In this document: positions 7,707 through 18,194 of the stretch, piece after piece
Position numbering within the stretch: position 1 is the stretch's first letter
Layout: the number at the start of each line of letters is the position of its first letter
IMG/VR virus record: IMGVR_UViG_2595698952_000001
Span: 32,001 to 96,000 of that record
DNA from: a virus
Lineage: Duplodnaviria; Caudoviricetes
DNA length: 64,000 bases
Strand: one strand, 5' to 3'
The notes under the pieces: model-generated
Database searches by the model: none
Told to the model about the DNA's origin: nothing
Seen by the model: the letters and a program-made list of their open reading frames with translations, nothing else
Program-made: the position numbers and the translations under genes

Positions 7707-9524
7707 ATGACCACCCAAGCAATGGCCGTCATCTCATTCGATCGTTGTGCTTCCATCGGTGCATTACGTGCAACCGAACCTGCTCAGCCAGGTCAACGTA
7801 TTGATTTGAAAGAATATAGTCAGGGCACTGGCTACGGCGGAGGTTACTTCATTCACCAAGAGAATGATACGACTTCACCGGACGATGGGGGTTATTGCAT
7901 CGTGACGCCGAAAGGTGCGCGCTGGAAACGTGCGTTAAACTCTTTACATGAACTCAACGTCTGTCACTTCGGTGCAGTCGGGGGTGGTAAAGTAGATACC
8001 GCTGATGCGTTCGCGAAAATGATGGCTTGGTCTCAGGCAAACATCCCTGCTATCGGCGTACAATATCCTGCCGGTATGTTCAAGCTTTCCAAGTTTACCA
8101 ACACCAAAGAGATTGCGCGTTTCCGTGTAGCGGGTGCGCCAGTCAACAGTGACTTCGGTTATTTCAATACCACAACCCTTATCGGTGACAACACCGAAGA
8201 GGGCTTTATCCTGGATATCGTGGCACGCCGTACGTCTATCGCGCACATCAACTTCGAAGGTGCTGCTGATCCGTTCGCGGCTAATGACAAGAAAGTGGCA
8301 GGGCTGAAAGGCTTCCTGCGTAACACTTGTCCGGGCGGTCAATACGTTCGTGTTAGCAACTGGGCAAGTTCGTTTGTTGGGGGCGTGACCTTCAGTATCC
8401 TTGATGCGCTGGACACCAAGTTTGACCAGTTCTACGTTTCCAAGCACACCAACAGTTTCATCTATGGTCGTTGGTCTGGCCAGACGTGGGGCGTGTGGGA
8501 TCACGAAACTGCTATCGAGCTGTCAAACTTCAACGTGCAGAACTGTACCGGGCCGCACGTCTTTGACCTGCCGCGTGCTACACAGTCTGAAATCAACAAT
8601 GGTTGGATTGAACACACGACTAACCCTGGTAACTTGTCTGACGGCCATTGGCTTATCAGCAACTTCTCCATGGAAGGGTGTGGCCCGATGCTGATTGAGA
8701 ATGCGCGTTTAACACGCCATCACATCAACCTGCAAGCGGGGTCGAGCTGGGACAAGACTACCGGTAACTCTAGCTGGACAGGTCTGTCAGGCTACGAGAA
8801 AGGTGACCTGCAACTGGAGTGGCACGGCATTGACGTTGCCGGTTCCATGACAGCAAGCTACTACTCGCCGGAGTTTCGTCTCGACAACAACAAAGGGTCA
8901 TCACAGTGGTTCTACCTCGGGAACATCCGCACCACCGGTGTGGGTGAGAACGTGAAGATTACCCTGCAAGGTACGCGTGGTTATAACTCGGTTAAAGGCG
9001 ATGCTACGCAACACGGTGGGGCTGCACAGGCTCACGGTGCCGCAGTTATCAGCATCAAAACCGTGTCATCTAACTACGTTGACCTGGAGTGGGATGGCGA
9101 GGGTGCCTGTCCGGTGAAGAACGTCAAGTTCACGAAACCGTTCAAGAACTCCTGCCATGTCTTCGTGGAGCTGTTCGACTGGACGCGTTACGTGTCACCG
9201 TTCGTACAAGTCACCTCGAAGTCTCGCTTTGAAGCAGGGATTCCGTTTGATGTCGTCTACGATGGCCGGGCACTGACCCTGGCTGAAATCCAGGCCATTG
9301 TCGATACCCAGTCAGCTGCGGCGGGTTCAACGATTGAACTGCTGGATGGCGTGACTGGGATGTGTTTCGGTGCCAAGAACGGTATCGGTTGGAACGGGCA
9401 AGGCGACCTGCTGCTGCGCTTTGCGCTGAAAGACGGCTACCTGCCAGTGAAGATTACTGACCCGGTAACGGAGCGCGTGACGCAAGGCTACATCAAGGTC
9501 GAAACATCTATTCCGGCGAAGTAA
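7707..9524 (+). CDS. amsF: AmsF/WceF-like tailspike-fold glycan-modifying enzyme (putative EPS depolymerase)
   Basis: AGGAG RBS before ATG 7707. Motifs RVAGAPVN..FGYF..TTL, CPGGQY, WDH.TAIELSNFNVQ, LPR.TQS.I.NGWIEHT and GIG.N.QGDLL match my recollection of Erwinia AmsF / Pantoea WceF. N-terminal GGG.F...DDGG...RWKR segment is tailspike-like. Confidence 0.8.
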   Translation: MTTQAMAVISFDRCASIGALRATEPAQPGQRIDLKEYSQGTGYGGGYFIHQENDTTSPDDGGYCIVTPKGARWKRALNSLHELNVCHFGAVGGGKVDTADAFAKMMAWSQANIPAIGVQYPAGMFKLSKFTNTKEIARFRVAGAPVNSDFGYFNTTTLIGDNTEEGFILDIVARRTSIAHINFEGAADPFAANDKKVAGLKGFLRNTCPGGQYVRVSNWASSFVGGVTFSILDALDTKFDQFYVSKHTNSFIYGRWSGQTWGVWDHETAIELSNFNVQNCTGPHVFDLPRATQSEINNGWIEHTTNPGNLSDGHWLISNFSMEGCGPMLIENARLTRHHINLQAGSSWDKTTGNSSWTGLSGYEKGDLQLEWHGIDVAGSMTASYYSPEFRLDNNKGSSQWFYLGNIRTTGVGENVKITLQGTRGYNSVKGDATQHGGAAQAHGAAVISIKTVSSNYVDLEWDGEGACPVKNVKFTKPFKNSCHVFVELFDWTRYVSPFVQVTSKSRFEAGIPFDVVYDGRALTLAEIQAIVDTQSAAAGSTIELLDGVTGMCFGAKNGIGWNGQGDLLLRFALKDGYLPVKITDPVTERVTQGYIKVETSIPAK

Positions 9525-9529
9525 TACCC

Positions 9530-9566
9530 AGGGAGGCTTCGGCCTCCCTTTCCCCTTTCTTTTTTT
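9530..9566 (+). terminator. intrinsic terminator
   Basis: AGGGAGGC-ttcg-GCCTCCCT plus pyrimidine/T tract. Confidence 0.85.
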
Positions 9567-9635
9567 GCCCCTTTTAATATGCTGGCAGGGGGTCATAGAC
9601 GTGACCTCAACAATCCCTTTAAACGAGTTAACGCG

Positions 9636-10433
9636 ATGTCTCTTACTTCTAAACAGAATCTGCTAAAACTCATCAACGAAGAAAACAAAATCAGCCCTCC
9701 GCTGAGTTTGGATGACGTTGATATCGGACTGCCGGAGGTGGTGTCAGTAGATGGGCGTGATTCGCAGGTAGTATTGACTTCCAAAATGCGCGGGGACGAA
9801 GGTTCCCAGGTGACTGTGGATTACCACCGTCGCCCATTAGAAGATTACCTGAAAGACGACAATGTCTTTGGTGACGAGGATGTGCACACCACGCACGACC
9901 TTATCACGGCGATTAACGAACGGTTCGGGTTGAAGTTGGTGGCTGAGGATATCGAAGATAATCCGGTTGCTGGCATCTCCCACGATGTCGTGGCGGTAAC
10001 GGATTCCCATGAGTGGCGAAGCGTTGCAACCATCGAAATCAAACCTGCCACACCCCTGGCGGATGTGATTCCAAACACGGAGCTGGACGGTCTTCTGTAT
10101 CCCGATCATCAAGACACGCAATTCGGTCAAGCGTATATCTATTCGCGTGATGTCGACTGTAGCCACATCTCACCGTTCCTGAGCAAGTTAGCAGTAGGTA
10201 TCGATGTAGATGACACAGCGTTAGCAGTTGAATTAAACAAATGTGTGCCTGAACTTTGGGTTGCTCAAGATACAGCCGCCCCGTATAACCTCCGTAATGC
10301 GAAGGTCATCTTCGATGGCATTCCTGCGGACTTACCGGGTGCTAACACGAAATACGCGTACGTGGTCTCAGTGGAACTCACTGACCTGTGCTCGAACTTC
10401 CGTGGTGCGCTGAACTTACACTTTAACAACTAA
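9636..10433 (+). CDS. virion structural protein, paralogue family A (1/7)
   Basis: LL.LIN.EN N-terminus, L..VI..TELDGL.YP, GQAYIYS, C-terminal LHFN; shared with neighbours. Confidence 0.75.
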   Translation: MSLTSKQNLLKLINEENKISPPLSLDDVDIGLPEVVSVDGRDSQVVLTSKMRGDEGSQVTVDYHRRPLEDYLKDDNVFGDEDVHTTHDLITAINERFGLKLVAEDIEDNPVAGISHDVVAVTDSHEWRSVATIEIKPATPLADVIPNTELDGLLYPDHQDTQFGQAYIYSRDVDCSHISPFLSKLAVGIDVDDTALAVELNKCVPELWVAQDTAAPYNLRNAKVIFDGIPADLPGANTKYAYVVSVELTDLCSNFRGALNLHFNN

Positions 10434-10443
10434 GGGGGTCTGA

Positions 10444-11277
10444 GTGTCTATTTACGATAAACCCTCGCGGGAGATGTTGTTAGAGGCCATTAACAAACAG
10501 AACAATACCGCGCTCACCTGGAACCAGATTGCCTCCGGTTATCCGGAAGTGATTCAATCCGAAGGTGCGGAACGTAATACGCGCGTGCTGCTCTACGGCT
10601 TAAACGGCCAAGGGTACAAAGGTTCGGTCTCTATTGAGTACGACCGTATCGACATGCCGACGTTGTTCCGTAATCTGGTGCCGGTGATTATCACCAACCC
10701 GAAAGACAGGCTCTCGGACTTACTCCCGTTCTTAAACGAGAAGTACGGACTGTCGTTGATTGCTGATGACATTGTTGACCAGTCCGTTAAAGACCTGGGT
10801 GACAGTTGGCTACTGGATGTGGCAATCAAACCGGGCTGCTTGGCCTGGCAGGGTGGGTTTACGCTGCGCTTTGCGAAGTTTATCCCGAACCTGAAAGATG
10901 TGGTGACCGATGTTGACTTGAGCGTGATTATTGCGCCGTATACCGTGGACGTCAAACCCCACGCTGAATACGTGGCGTACGGTTACGATTGGTCAGAGTT
11001 GTCCAAATCATTCGTCACTGACTGGGCGTTTAACCGCGTCTTAACAGCAGCGGATGTTGATGCGTTGAATGAAGTGGTGCCATTGAAGTTTGCTTTTGTA
11101 AACGGAGCGACTGCGCAACCAGGGCAGATTGCTTTGTCCGGTGCACGGTTTAAGGGTGTGACTGCGGTGACCCCGAACTCCAAGTACGACGAAGACTTCG
11201 AACGGGTAGCCACCATTGACCTCGCCGCCGACAGCAACTACTCGGGCAGCCTTATCCTTCACTTCCAACCGGTATAA
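10444..11277 (+). CDS. virion structural protein, family A (2/7)
   Basis: AIN.QN...RNT....GY.G...Y.R motif; C-terminal LHFQ. Confidence 0.75.
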   Translation: MSIYDKPSREMLLEAINKQNNTALTWNQIASGYPEVIQSEGAERNTRVLLYGLNGQGYKGSVSIEYDRIDMPTLFRNLVPVIITNPKDRLSDLLPFLNEKYGLSLIADDIVDQSVKDLGDSWLLDVAIKPGCLAWQGGFTLRFAKFIPNLKDVVTDVDLSVIIAPYTVDVKPHAEYVAYGYDWSELSKSFVTDWAFNRVLTAADVDALNEVVPLKFAFVNGATAQPGQIALSGARFKGVTAVTPNSKYDEDFERVATIDLAADSNYSGSLILHFQPV

Positions 11278-11286
11278 GGATAGACG

Positions 11287-12141
11287 ATGCCTATTTTAGC
11301 CACAGCTGAAAAGCTTATTCTGGCCGAGATAAACGTAGAGAACGGACTTGACCTGAAAGATAATGAAGTGTCTTTCGGCCCTCCGGCCGTTCCTACTGAA
11401 CCTGACGACGTAGCCAAAGCCAACGGGCACAACTCGATGGTGTCGGTACAAGCATTACCTATCGCGAACGCGACAGGTCGTGCCACTGTGTATTACGATC
11501 GTTTAGAGTTCAGTGACATGTTTACTGGCCTCGACGGTAATCAGCCGCTGCGTGTTCCGGCGCGTTTAGATTCGGTGTTTACCGCGCACGATATTGTCCC
11601 GCTGGTCAATCAATATTTCGGGTTGAGCCTGCGTACGTCGGATGTCGAGAACACAGAGATTAACCGCTCCTCGTGGGTGGTGGACTTTGTGGCCACAGCC
11701 GATTCACTGGGATGGTTAGGCACCATTGAAGTGCAGGTGCTGCCGGGAGATGCGTTACTGCCCAGTAACTTCGACCCGACAACGGTTGACCCGTATATCA
11801 TTCCGTACTTTAACACCAAAGTTGGCCAGGCCGCAGTCTATGGCTACCCGTGGCGGTTCGATGACTACGCCGCAGAACTGATGGCGATGGGCACCACCAC
11901 AACGGATGCCAAAAATATCCGACTGGCACAGATTCTCCAGAAGGTCACAGGTGACCTGTGGCAGGTTTACCGTAACCCGGTGAACTTTAACCTGAAAGAG
12001 AATACCTTTGTCTACAACGGTAAGAACAGCGCTTCCTTCCCGACGAACCCGTCTTACGACAACGTACTGGTGATTGAGCTGTCCTTGTACTGCCTGAACT
12101 TTGGTGGGCGTATGTACATCCATTACAACGACCCTGATTAA
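11287..12141 (+). CDS. virion structural protein, family A (3/7)
   Basis: IN.EN, YYDRL, GQAAVYGY, C-terminal IHYN. Confidence 0.75.
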   Translation: MPILATAEKLILAEINVENGLDLKDNEVSFGPPAVPTEPDDVAKANGHNSMVSVQALPIANATGRATVYYDRLEFSDMFTGLDGNQPLRVPARLDSVFTAHDIVPLVNQYFGLSLRTSDVENTEINRSSWVVDFVATADSLGWLGTIEVQVLPGDALLPSNFDPTTVDPYIIPYFNTKVGQAAVYGYPWRFDDYAAELMAMGTTTTDAKNIRLAQILQKVTGDLWQVYRNPVNFNLKENTFVYNGKNSASFPTNPSYDNVLVIELSLYCLNFGGRMYIHYNDPD

Positions 12142-12161
12142 TCCTGCTAAAGGAAGTTAGA

Positions 12162-13058
12162 ATGAAACCTTTAAACAAAACGTCCGACCTCCTGGTTCTC
12201 GATTTCATCAATGAGAAGAACTCAGGTGCGAATCTCGAACTGACCAAAGTTATTCTGGGTACGCCTGTTGAAAACACCGGTGCGGACAAAGATGACCGTA
12301 ACACCCAGATGGATGTCAAGGCGCGTAAGAACTCCGGTTACATCGGCGATCAGGGCGTGACCTATAACCGTCTGGAAGGTGAGAAGCTGTTCCTGAACGT
12401 CACGGCTTACCTGGACGTGAAAGAACCGAAAACCACCACTGACCTGCTGAGCAAACTGAACGAGCAGTACGGTCTGAAAATCACCGAAGACGACATCGAC
12501 CCAACGGCTATCCCGGACGGCACTAACCCGCCAGTAACCAACCCGGAAGATCCAGACCCGGCCCCGGTTGATCACCTGGTGACCTTCAAAACCGATTGCT
12601 ACGCCTACCTCGGCGCTATCCCGGTGAAAATCGGTGCTAAGCCACAGGTCGGTGAGCGTCTGAGCCTGGTCATCACCCAAACTCAGCTGGATGGCCTGGT
12701 ATACCCAGACACCCCGATTGAGAACAAAGGTCAAGGCTACATCTACTCCTACGGTGTGGACTGTTCTGCCATTGCTGCGTTCCTGGATGTGCAGGCAACC
12801 GGCGTGATGGCGAACGACACGGCGTTTGCCGTCGAGCTGAACAAAGTGGTTCCAGAGCTGTGGGTTGCGGAAGATGCCTCTAAGGATTACAACCTGAAAG
12901 GCGCAAACGTAACCTACGTTGGCCTGACTGCGGACGACGGTACGGGCAAACCTGTTGAAGGCGCGAACACCGCTTACAACAAAGTGATGCTGCTGGAGCT
13001 GGACGACACCAAGTGCTCTAACTTCACCGGTACCATGTTCCTGCACTTCAACGCCTAA
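12162..13058 (+). CDS. virion structural protein, family A (4/7)
   Basis: Closest to 9636: GQGYIYSYGVDCS, ELNK.VPELWVA, CSNF.G..LHFN. Confidence 0.75.
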   Translation: MKPLNKTSDLLVLDFINEKNSGANLELTKVILGTPVENTGADKDDRNTQMDVKARKNSGYIGDQGVTYNRLEGEKLFLNVTAYLDVKEPKTTTDLLSKLNEQYGLKITEDDIDPTAIPDGTNPPVTNPEDPDPAPVDHLVTFKTDCYAYLGAIPVKIGAKPQVGERLSLVITQTQLDGLVYPDTPIENKGQGYIYSYGVDCSAIAAFLDVQATGVMANDTAFAVELNKVVPELWVAEDASKDYNLKGANVTYVGLTADDGTGKPVEGANTAYNKVMLLELDDTKCSNFTGTMFLHFNA

Positions 13059-13064
13059 TGGCAC

Positions 13065-13107
13065 GCTAGGGGGAGGCTATCCTCCTCCTAGCACTGCTTT
13101 CTTTTTT
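13065..13107 (+). terminator. intrinsic terminator
   Basis: GCTAGGGGGAGG...CCTCCTCCTAGC plus T tract. Confidence 0.7.
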
Positions 13108-13126
13108 CTGTGCCGAGGAGGCTGCT

Positions 13127-13963
13127 ATGGCGATTTATAGTCAGTCTCAGCGACAGTATCTCTTTGATGCAATCAACGCGGAGAACCCTGGCGCGATTAT
13201 GCCCATGGGGTTGAACAACGCGATTATCGGGAAACCGAAAGTGATTCCAACAACAGAGACTGGAGCCAATACCGAGATTGTCATTCGTGGCCGTCAAGGG
13301 CGGGGCTACGCAGGCGGACAAACTTTCCGCTACAAGCGTTTGTCGCTGAACGACTTATTTAAGAACCTGGTTGCGACGGTGACTTCACCGCAGGCGTATG
13401 GCTGGCTGAACAACGATGCGAAGAAACTCGCGTTTGTCCAAAACGTCAACGCGCGCTATGGTCTTAATCTGGAAGCCATTGATATTCCAGATGTGTACGT
13501 ATACCTCAACAACAAGAACACGGTCAACGTGTTAGCAACCTGTGTCCAGTACACCGGTGGGATTACCTTTAACTCGGTTAGAGGGAAGAACTCGCTGGAA
13601 GAAGCAATTCTGGATGATGTGTTGAAGGTACTGAATCACCCTATTGACGTCGACGACCAAAAGCTCTGCGGAACGATGCTGGGTTATAGCGTGGACTTTA
13701 CAGACGAGCCGCAAATTATGCAGGCGTTTGTGAATGGGCGTATGGACGTGGGGGCGAACTTTACTTCGGGGGCCAGTGATAACCTGGTGACACTGATGGT
13801 CAGTCGTGGGTTACCGTCGTTTGATTTTACCGGTGCCACGATTAAGCGTGTGAAGACCACCGCGGAACCACGGGCCAACACAATGTACGATAACGTGCTG
13901 GTTATCACGAACGTTAACGATCCTCACGTCGGTGGCGATTGGCTGCTGCACTACAACGATTAG
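13127..13963 (+). CDS. virion structural protein, family A (5/7)
   Basis: GAGGAGG RBS; AINAENP, GY.G...Y.RL, C-terminal LHYN. Confidence 0.75.
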   Translation: MAIYSQSQRQYLFDAINAENPGAIMPMGLNNAIIGKPKVIPTTETGANTEIVIRGRQGRGYAGGQTFRYKRLSLNDLFKNLVATVTSPQAYGWLNNDAKKLAFVQNVNARYGLNLEAIDIPDVYVYLNNKNTVNVLATCVQYTGGITFNSVRGKNSLEEAILDDVLKVLNHPIDVDDQKLCGTMLGYSVDFTDEPQIMQAFVNGRMDVGANFTSGASDNLVTLMVSRGLPSFDFTGATIKRVKTTAEPRANTMYDNVLVITNVNDPHVGGDWLLHYND

Positions 13964-13974
13964 GAATAAAACGA

Positions 13975-14862
13975 ATGGCAATCTATCAACCTTCGAAGGA
14001 CGTCATTCTGGCCGCCATCAATGCACAGAACTCCATCGCGGTTAAAGCGACAGACATTGTGTACAGTGCGCCGAAAGACATTCGTGGTACTGATAAAGGT
14101 AACACGACCAAAAAGAACACCCAGGTTAAAGTCACCGCCGACGGCGTTGTGGGGTCAACCTGGTCGGGCAAAAAGAACGTGTTTTACGACCGTCTCCAGA
14201 TTCAGGACTTGGTGGTGCTGATTGGTGACACGCTCTACATCGGACCGTCAAACAACCATCTTCAGGAAGCTATCCCTGCCCTGAACCTGCGTTATGGTTT
14301 TGTGTTTGAAGCGGGTGATTTGCAAGAAGCAGAAATCCTGTGGAACGAAGACAAAACGGCGGGCACGGTAAAAGTGAAAGCAGTTGAGACTTCACTGGGC
14401 TGGATTGGTGAGTACAACTTTAAAGTGGCGAAAGGTGACGAATCCCTGCCGTCGAAAGTGTCAACCAACACCCTGTCCGGTCTGAAATACCCGAATGGTC
14501 AGATGGGTTCCGAGACGGTCGCAGCCACCATTGCGCAGGTTTACTCGTACCCGTTCAACTTCACCGTGTACCACGACCTGTTCAAATCATTCACACCGGG
14601 TGTGTTGACGGGCGATGCCCTGACCAACTTCGTCAACGCGATGAAGGTCATCACTGGCGGATCGTGGGTTACCACCAACAACGCCACCTGGGGTCTGTCT
14701 GGTGCAGAAGTTACGTTCGTGGGCGACAACGACGCAGTTACCATGCCAACCAACAGCAAGTACAGCTTCGTGCTGGCGGTGAAACTGCCTGCGTCGCTGA
14801 CGGCGATGGTCGGTACGATGTACCTGCAATTCAACAAACCAGAAGACCCGAACGAGGTGTAA
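13975..14862 (+). CDS. virion structural protein, family A (6/7)
   Basis: Start MAIYQPS; AINAQN, FYDRL, C-terminal LQFN. Confidence 0.75.
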   Translation: MAIYQPSKDVILAAINAQNSIAVKATDIVYSAPKDIRGTDKGNTTKKNTQVKVTADGVVGSTWSGKKNVFYDRLQIQDLVVLIGDTLYIGPSNNHLQEAIPALNLRYGFVFEAGDLQEAEILWNEDKTAGTVKVKAVETSLGWIGEYNFKVAKGDESLPSKVSTNTLSGLKYPNGQMGSETVAATIAQVYSYPFNFTVYHDLFKSFTPGVLTGDALTNFVNAMKVITGGSWVTTNNATWGLSGAEVTFVGDNDAVTMPTNSKYSFVLAVKLPASLTAMVGTMYLQFNKPEDPNEV

Positions 14863-14865
14863 TGT

Positions 14866-15711
14866 ATGGGACTCAACTACAGTAAGCCTTCTGACTTGCT
14901 GGTCTTCGATCTGTTAAACCGGGACAACCCCGGTTTACCGATTCCGGTGGATGCGAATAACGTCATCATCGAGAAGATTACGCAAGTGACGCCAGGCCCG
15001 GCCAATAACAACCGCAACACCCAGGCACGGTTACGTGGGGTACAGGGAATGGGGTTCCGCGATTCCCTGACCTTGTACTACGACCGTATCAGTTTGGCAC
15101 GGCTTATCCCTTGGTGGAGCTACGGTACAACTACACGTACCGCGTGCGGTATTACCAACTTCACAGCAGCGAACCTGCACGAACTCCTGCCATCCATTCT
15201 GGATACGTACGGTATTAACCTGCAACCCAAAGATGTGACCAATCAAAACTTTAGTGGTGTAGGCCAACCGAACTATAACTTCACCTACGCTTGTAATGCG
15301 TTGGCGACTTCGCCTGCGTATTTCAGCGGTTTCACCGGTTACCTGATGCGTGGTCTGCCGGTGCTGGATACGTCGATTACGATTGACACCTTGAACGTCA
15401 TGAAGCACCCGATTGGCATTGACACCAATCAGATGTGTGTGGACTTGATGACCTGGGGTATCGATTTCACGGCGTACAAGAACCTGCTGACGGTCACGTC
15501 GGGCGGTCTGCCAAACTGGGCAGGTCTACGTAACCTGTTGGACAGCCTGGGTGTGCCGAACTACGCTGCACCGATGAGTTCCAACACGGTGCAAGACGTC
15601 GCCACCACGGGGAACCAGTGGGCGAACAAAGACTACGACCGCGTGGTGATTCAAACCGGTATCGATGAGACCGGAGCGAAGGGTGTAGCCTACTATCACT
15701 ACAACAACTAA
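14866..15711 (+). CDS. virion structural protein, family A (7/7)
   Basis: NRDNP, RNT, YYDRI, C-terminal YHYN. Confidence 0.75.
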   Translation: MGLNYSKPSDLLVFDLLNRDNPGLPIPVDANNVIIEKITQVTPGPANNNRNTQARLRGVQGMGFRDSLTLYYDRISLARLIPWWSYGTTTRTACGITNFTAANLHELLPSILDTYGINLQPKDVTNQNFSGVGQPNYNFTYACNALATSPAYFSGFTGYLMRGLPVLDTSITIDTLNVMKHPIGIDTNQMCVDLMTWGIDFTAYKNLLTVTSGGLPNWAGLRNLLDSLGVPNYAAPMSSNTVQDVATTGNQWANKDYDRVVIQTGIDETGAKGVAYYHYNN

Positions 15712-15714
15712 ACC

Positions 15715-15740
15715 AAGGGCCTGCGGGCCCTTTCTTTTTT
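15715..15740 (+). terminator. intrinsic terminator
   Basis: AAGGGCC-tgcg-GGCCCTT plus T tract. Confidence 0.8.
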
Positions 15741-15765
15741 GTCGTAGGTGGGCTTAGGAGTCACT

Positions 15766-17184
15766 ATGCAATTCTATTCCAGTGCTGCGTTACAACTGAT
15801 ATACGACCAGGTGAACCGAGACAACCCGGATTTACCGGTAAAGCTTACCCAGGACGTCGCGGCACTCAAGAGTGGGCCGACGGCTAACTCTGCCAATGGG
15901 CGCAATACCCGTGCGGTATTTGTTGCCTATCCCGGTAAAGGGTACCGTGGTGAAATCACACTCTATTACGACCGTGTTAACTTAGGACAAATCTTTACCA
16001 CGACACTCCGCCCGCTTATCAGCCTGCCTACGACAGTGAAGACGTTAGCAGATGCGTTGCCGTATTTGAACGACTTGCTCGGGCTCAGTCTGACCGTTGA
16101 GGATTTACAATCCCCCACGATGGCCCTGGCTCCGGATACCACCGTTAAGAATACCCAGGCGGCGATTGTCTCCACATCACCAGCGTTTCAGGGTGGGGTG
16201 AATTTCTCGTACCAGGCAGAAGGGCTTGGCTATTACCCGAATTCAGGCCCAGGGCCAAAGACGCTCCGCGCGGGCAATACCTTGATGGGGTATTTCGGCA
16301 AGGTGGACGCGTCTGAACTGTATACGCACGCAGAGCTGTATAACCTGACACTGAAAGGTACACCGGCGACGCTGTATGCAGGAACCGAAGGGTGGTACAA
16401 GTTCTTTTATCAAGGCGGGATTATTTATCTACCGGTAACGCCACTCGCGTATAACGTTAACTGGTCTATCATCTATAACGCGGGGATAGCGTACGGTATC
16501 GAGGGTGTCGGCGCATACCCAACCGTCACACCGGTCAACCAGTCGAAGATTCTGACGAAGTCACTGCCTGAGGGCAAGTTCTATCTGCGTCCACGTTTAC
16601 CGACAGCCAGTGTGAAGGACCCGATGACCGCAACCACCGGCACACTGCCAATTGCAGAGTACGTCGGCAGTATCCTCGAGTTAATGTTGAAAGTGCGAGA
16701 CGGGACGTGGGAATCTAACACCGAAGGTCGGTGGAATGACTGGGCAGTGTTCCTGAACAGCATCGCCGGGACAACCGGTAGTTTTAAACTGGTGGTACCG
16801 CTGTCAAAGAACGGTACCAACGTCGTCAAAACCAATACCGCTACCGCTTGGTACTGGTGGCCGGTGTTAGAGTTGGTGGATACCAATACCACGTTATTGA
16901 AACTGGAAGACCTGACCGGAAAACTGGAAACCTCCTTTACCCCGATTGTGGCCAGCCGTGAACAGAAGTTCGCGTTAGCGCCTGCGGTGTTCAGTGGGCC
17001 GAAGACCACGTTGTTCCAGCCGGTTGTCACGACGCCAGAGAATAGCTTGGCTATTGCTCCACCGATTCCGCTGTTACCGAAGACTGTTGATTTCCGTCCG
17101 GTCGTTGCAACGGGCAGTCAGGTAGATGCACCAACCAAAATCAATCTTTCCTCCCTCAATGGCGAATTGAGCGGGTTTAATTAG
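15766..17184 (+). CDS. tail/virion protein, triad 1 subunit A
   Basis: AGGAG RBS; family-A N-terminal domain, YPNSGPG domain, C-terminal LNGELSGF. Confidence 0.75.
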   Translation: MQFYSSAALQLIYDQVNRDNPDLPVKLTQDVAALKSGPTANSANGRNTRAVFVAYPGKGYRGEITLYYDRVNLGQIFTTTLRPLISLPTTVKTLADALPYLNDLLGLSLTVEDLQSPTMALAPDTTVKNTQAAIVSTSPAFQGGVNFSYQAEGLGYYPNSGPGPKTLRAGNTLMGYFGKVDASELYTHAELYNLTLKGTPATLYAGTEGWYKFFYQGGIIYLPVTPLAYNVNWSIIYNAGIAYGIEGVGAYPTVTPVNQSKILTKSLPEGKFYLRPRLPTASVKDPMTATTGTLPIAEYVGSILELMLKVRDGTWESNTEGRWNDWAVFLNSIAGTTGSFKLVVPLSKNGTNVVKTNTATAWYWWPVLELVDTNTTLLKLEDLTGKLETSFTPIVASREQKFALAPAVFSGPKTTLFQPVVTTPENSLAIAPPIPLLPKTVDFRPVVATGSQVDAPTKINLSSLNGELSGFN

Positions 17185-17196
17185 AGGTAAGACGCC

Positions 17197-18186
17197 ATGG
17201 CATTTATATTGCGCTGGACGAACCCAAACGCAATGAGCACGGTGATTAACATTTACCGTGACACCAAAGACATCCTCACCAGTGCCTTGCCTGCACCGAT
17301 TGCCACGTTAAGTAATGGCGAAACCGAATGGCGCGACACTACCGCACTGGGCGGGAAAACCTACTACTACCTGATGACCGTTACCGCTAACGGTAAAACC
17401 GTCGCTGGCCCTTCCACCCCGTATACCGTCGCGGTGAAACGCGGTATTGGTCCGAGTACCTTTATCCACGGGGACGACAAGCTGGGCTTTATGGGGGTGG
17501 TGCCGTACGAAGAACGTTTCGACGTTAACCAACTTCCTGCAACCTTCCTGTCCATGTTCCCAAACGCGTTCACCGATCGTCCTGTGTTGTTGAAGTTCAG
17601 CTACTACGGGAAGATTATTTACGTCCCGGAATTCTCTCCCTCTATTGGGTTTGCCAGTTGGGCAGCACTTTACACCAACGGGTTAATCTACGGACGTGAT
17701 GACAATGGCCCGGATGGGGGTTGGGGAACACTGACACCTACGAAGCAGGATGCCAAAGTTGTCCATAAAGGTGACATTTACCGGATGCGCGTACCACGGG
17801 GTATCGTGGGGCAGAACACACCAGAGGTATTAGCCTTTAATAACGATTTCCAGTTGAAAGACCATGACGCGGTTGACCTTGGTAACAACGAGTTCAACGA
17901 CTTGATGTACGCCATGGTACTGGACTTCCCAGTAAAGCAGCGTGCCATTAATGCCCACGTATACAGCTCAACGTATCTCGGTGCGGGTGGTGTAGTTAGC
18001 GCTAACCCGAATTTGAACGGTGGTACGGTGTGTATGGAGCACGACAGTGCAAGTGAGCGAGTGTTACATCGCGGACATTATATTACCGCAACGAACCAAT
18101 CGCAGCTCAGTCTAATGCAGCGTATCAACTACGTGACTCCGCAGCAGGCTGGCCGTTATCTTCCCATCTTTGAACTGGTAGAATAG
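17197..18186 (+). CDS. tail/virion protein, triad 1 subunit B
   Basis: L.W.NPN...IYR Ig/FN3-like N-terminus; RG.G....HGD..LG; ends P.FELV. Confidence 0.75.
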   Translation: MAFILRWTNPNAMSTVINIYRDTKDILTSALPAPIATLSNGETEWRDTTALGGKTYYYLMTVTANGKTVAGPSTPYTVAVKRGIGPSTFIHGDDKLGFMGVVPYEERFDVNQLPATFLSMFPNAFTDRPVLLKFSYYGKIIYVPEFSPSIGFASWAALYTNGLIYGRDDNGPDGGWGTLTPTKQDAKVVHKGDIYRMRVPRGIVGQNTPEVLAFNNDFQLKDHDAVDLGNNEFNDLMYAMVLDFPVKQRAINAHVYSSTYLGAGGVVSANPNLNGGTVCMEHDSASERVLHRGHYITATNQSQLSLMQRINYVTPQQAGRYLPIFELVE

Positions 18187-18194
18187 GAGCAGTT

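Noticed and set aside
12222-13064. 280-aa minus-strand ORF and similar long antisense ORFs (e.g. 25137-25805, 30843-31571, 43839-44669)
   Set aside because: They are antisense to clear genes, have unnatural composition and are expected from codon bias.
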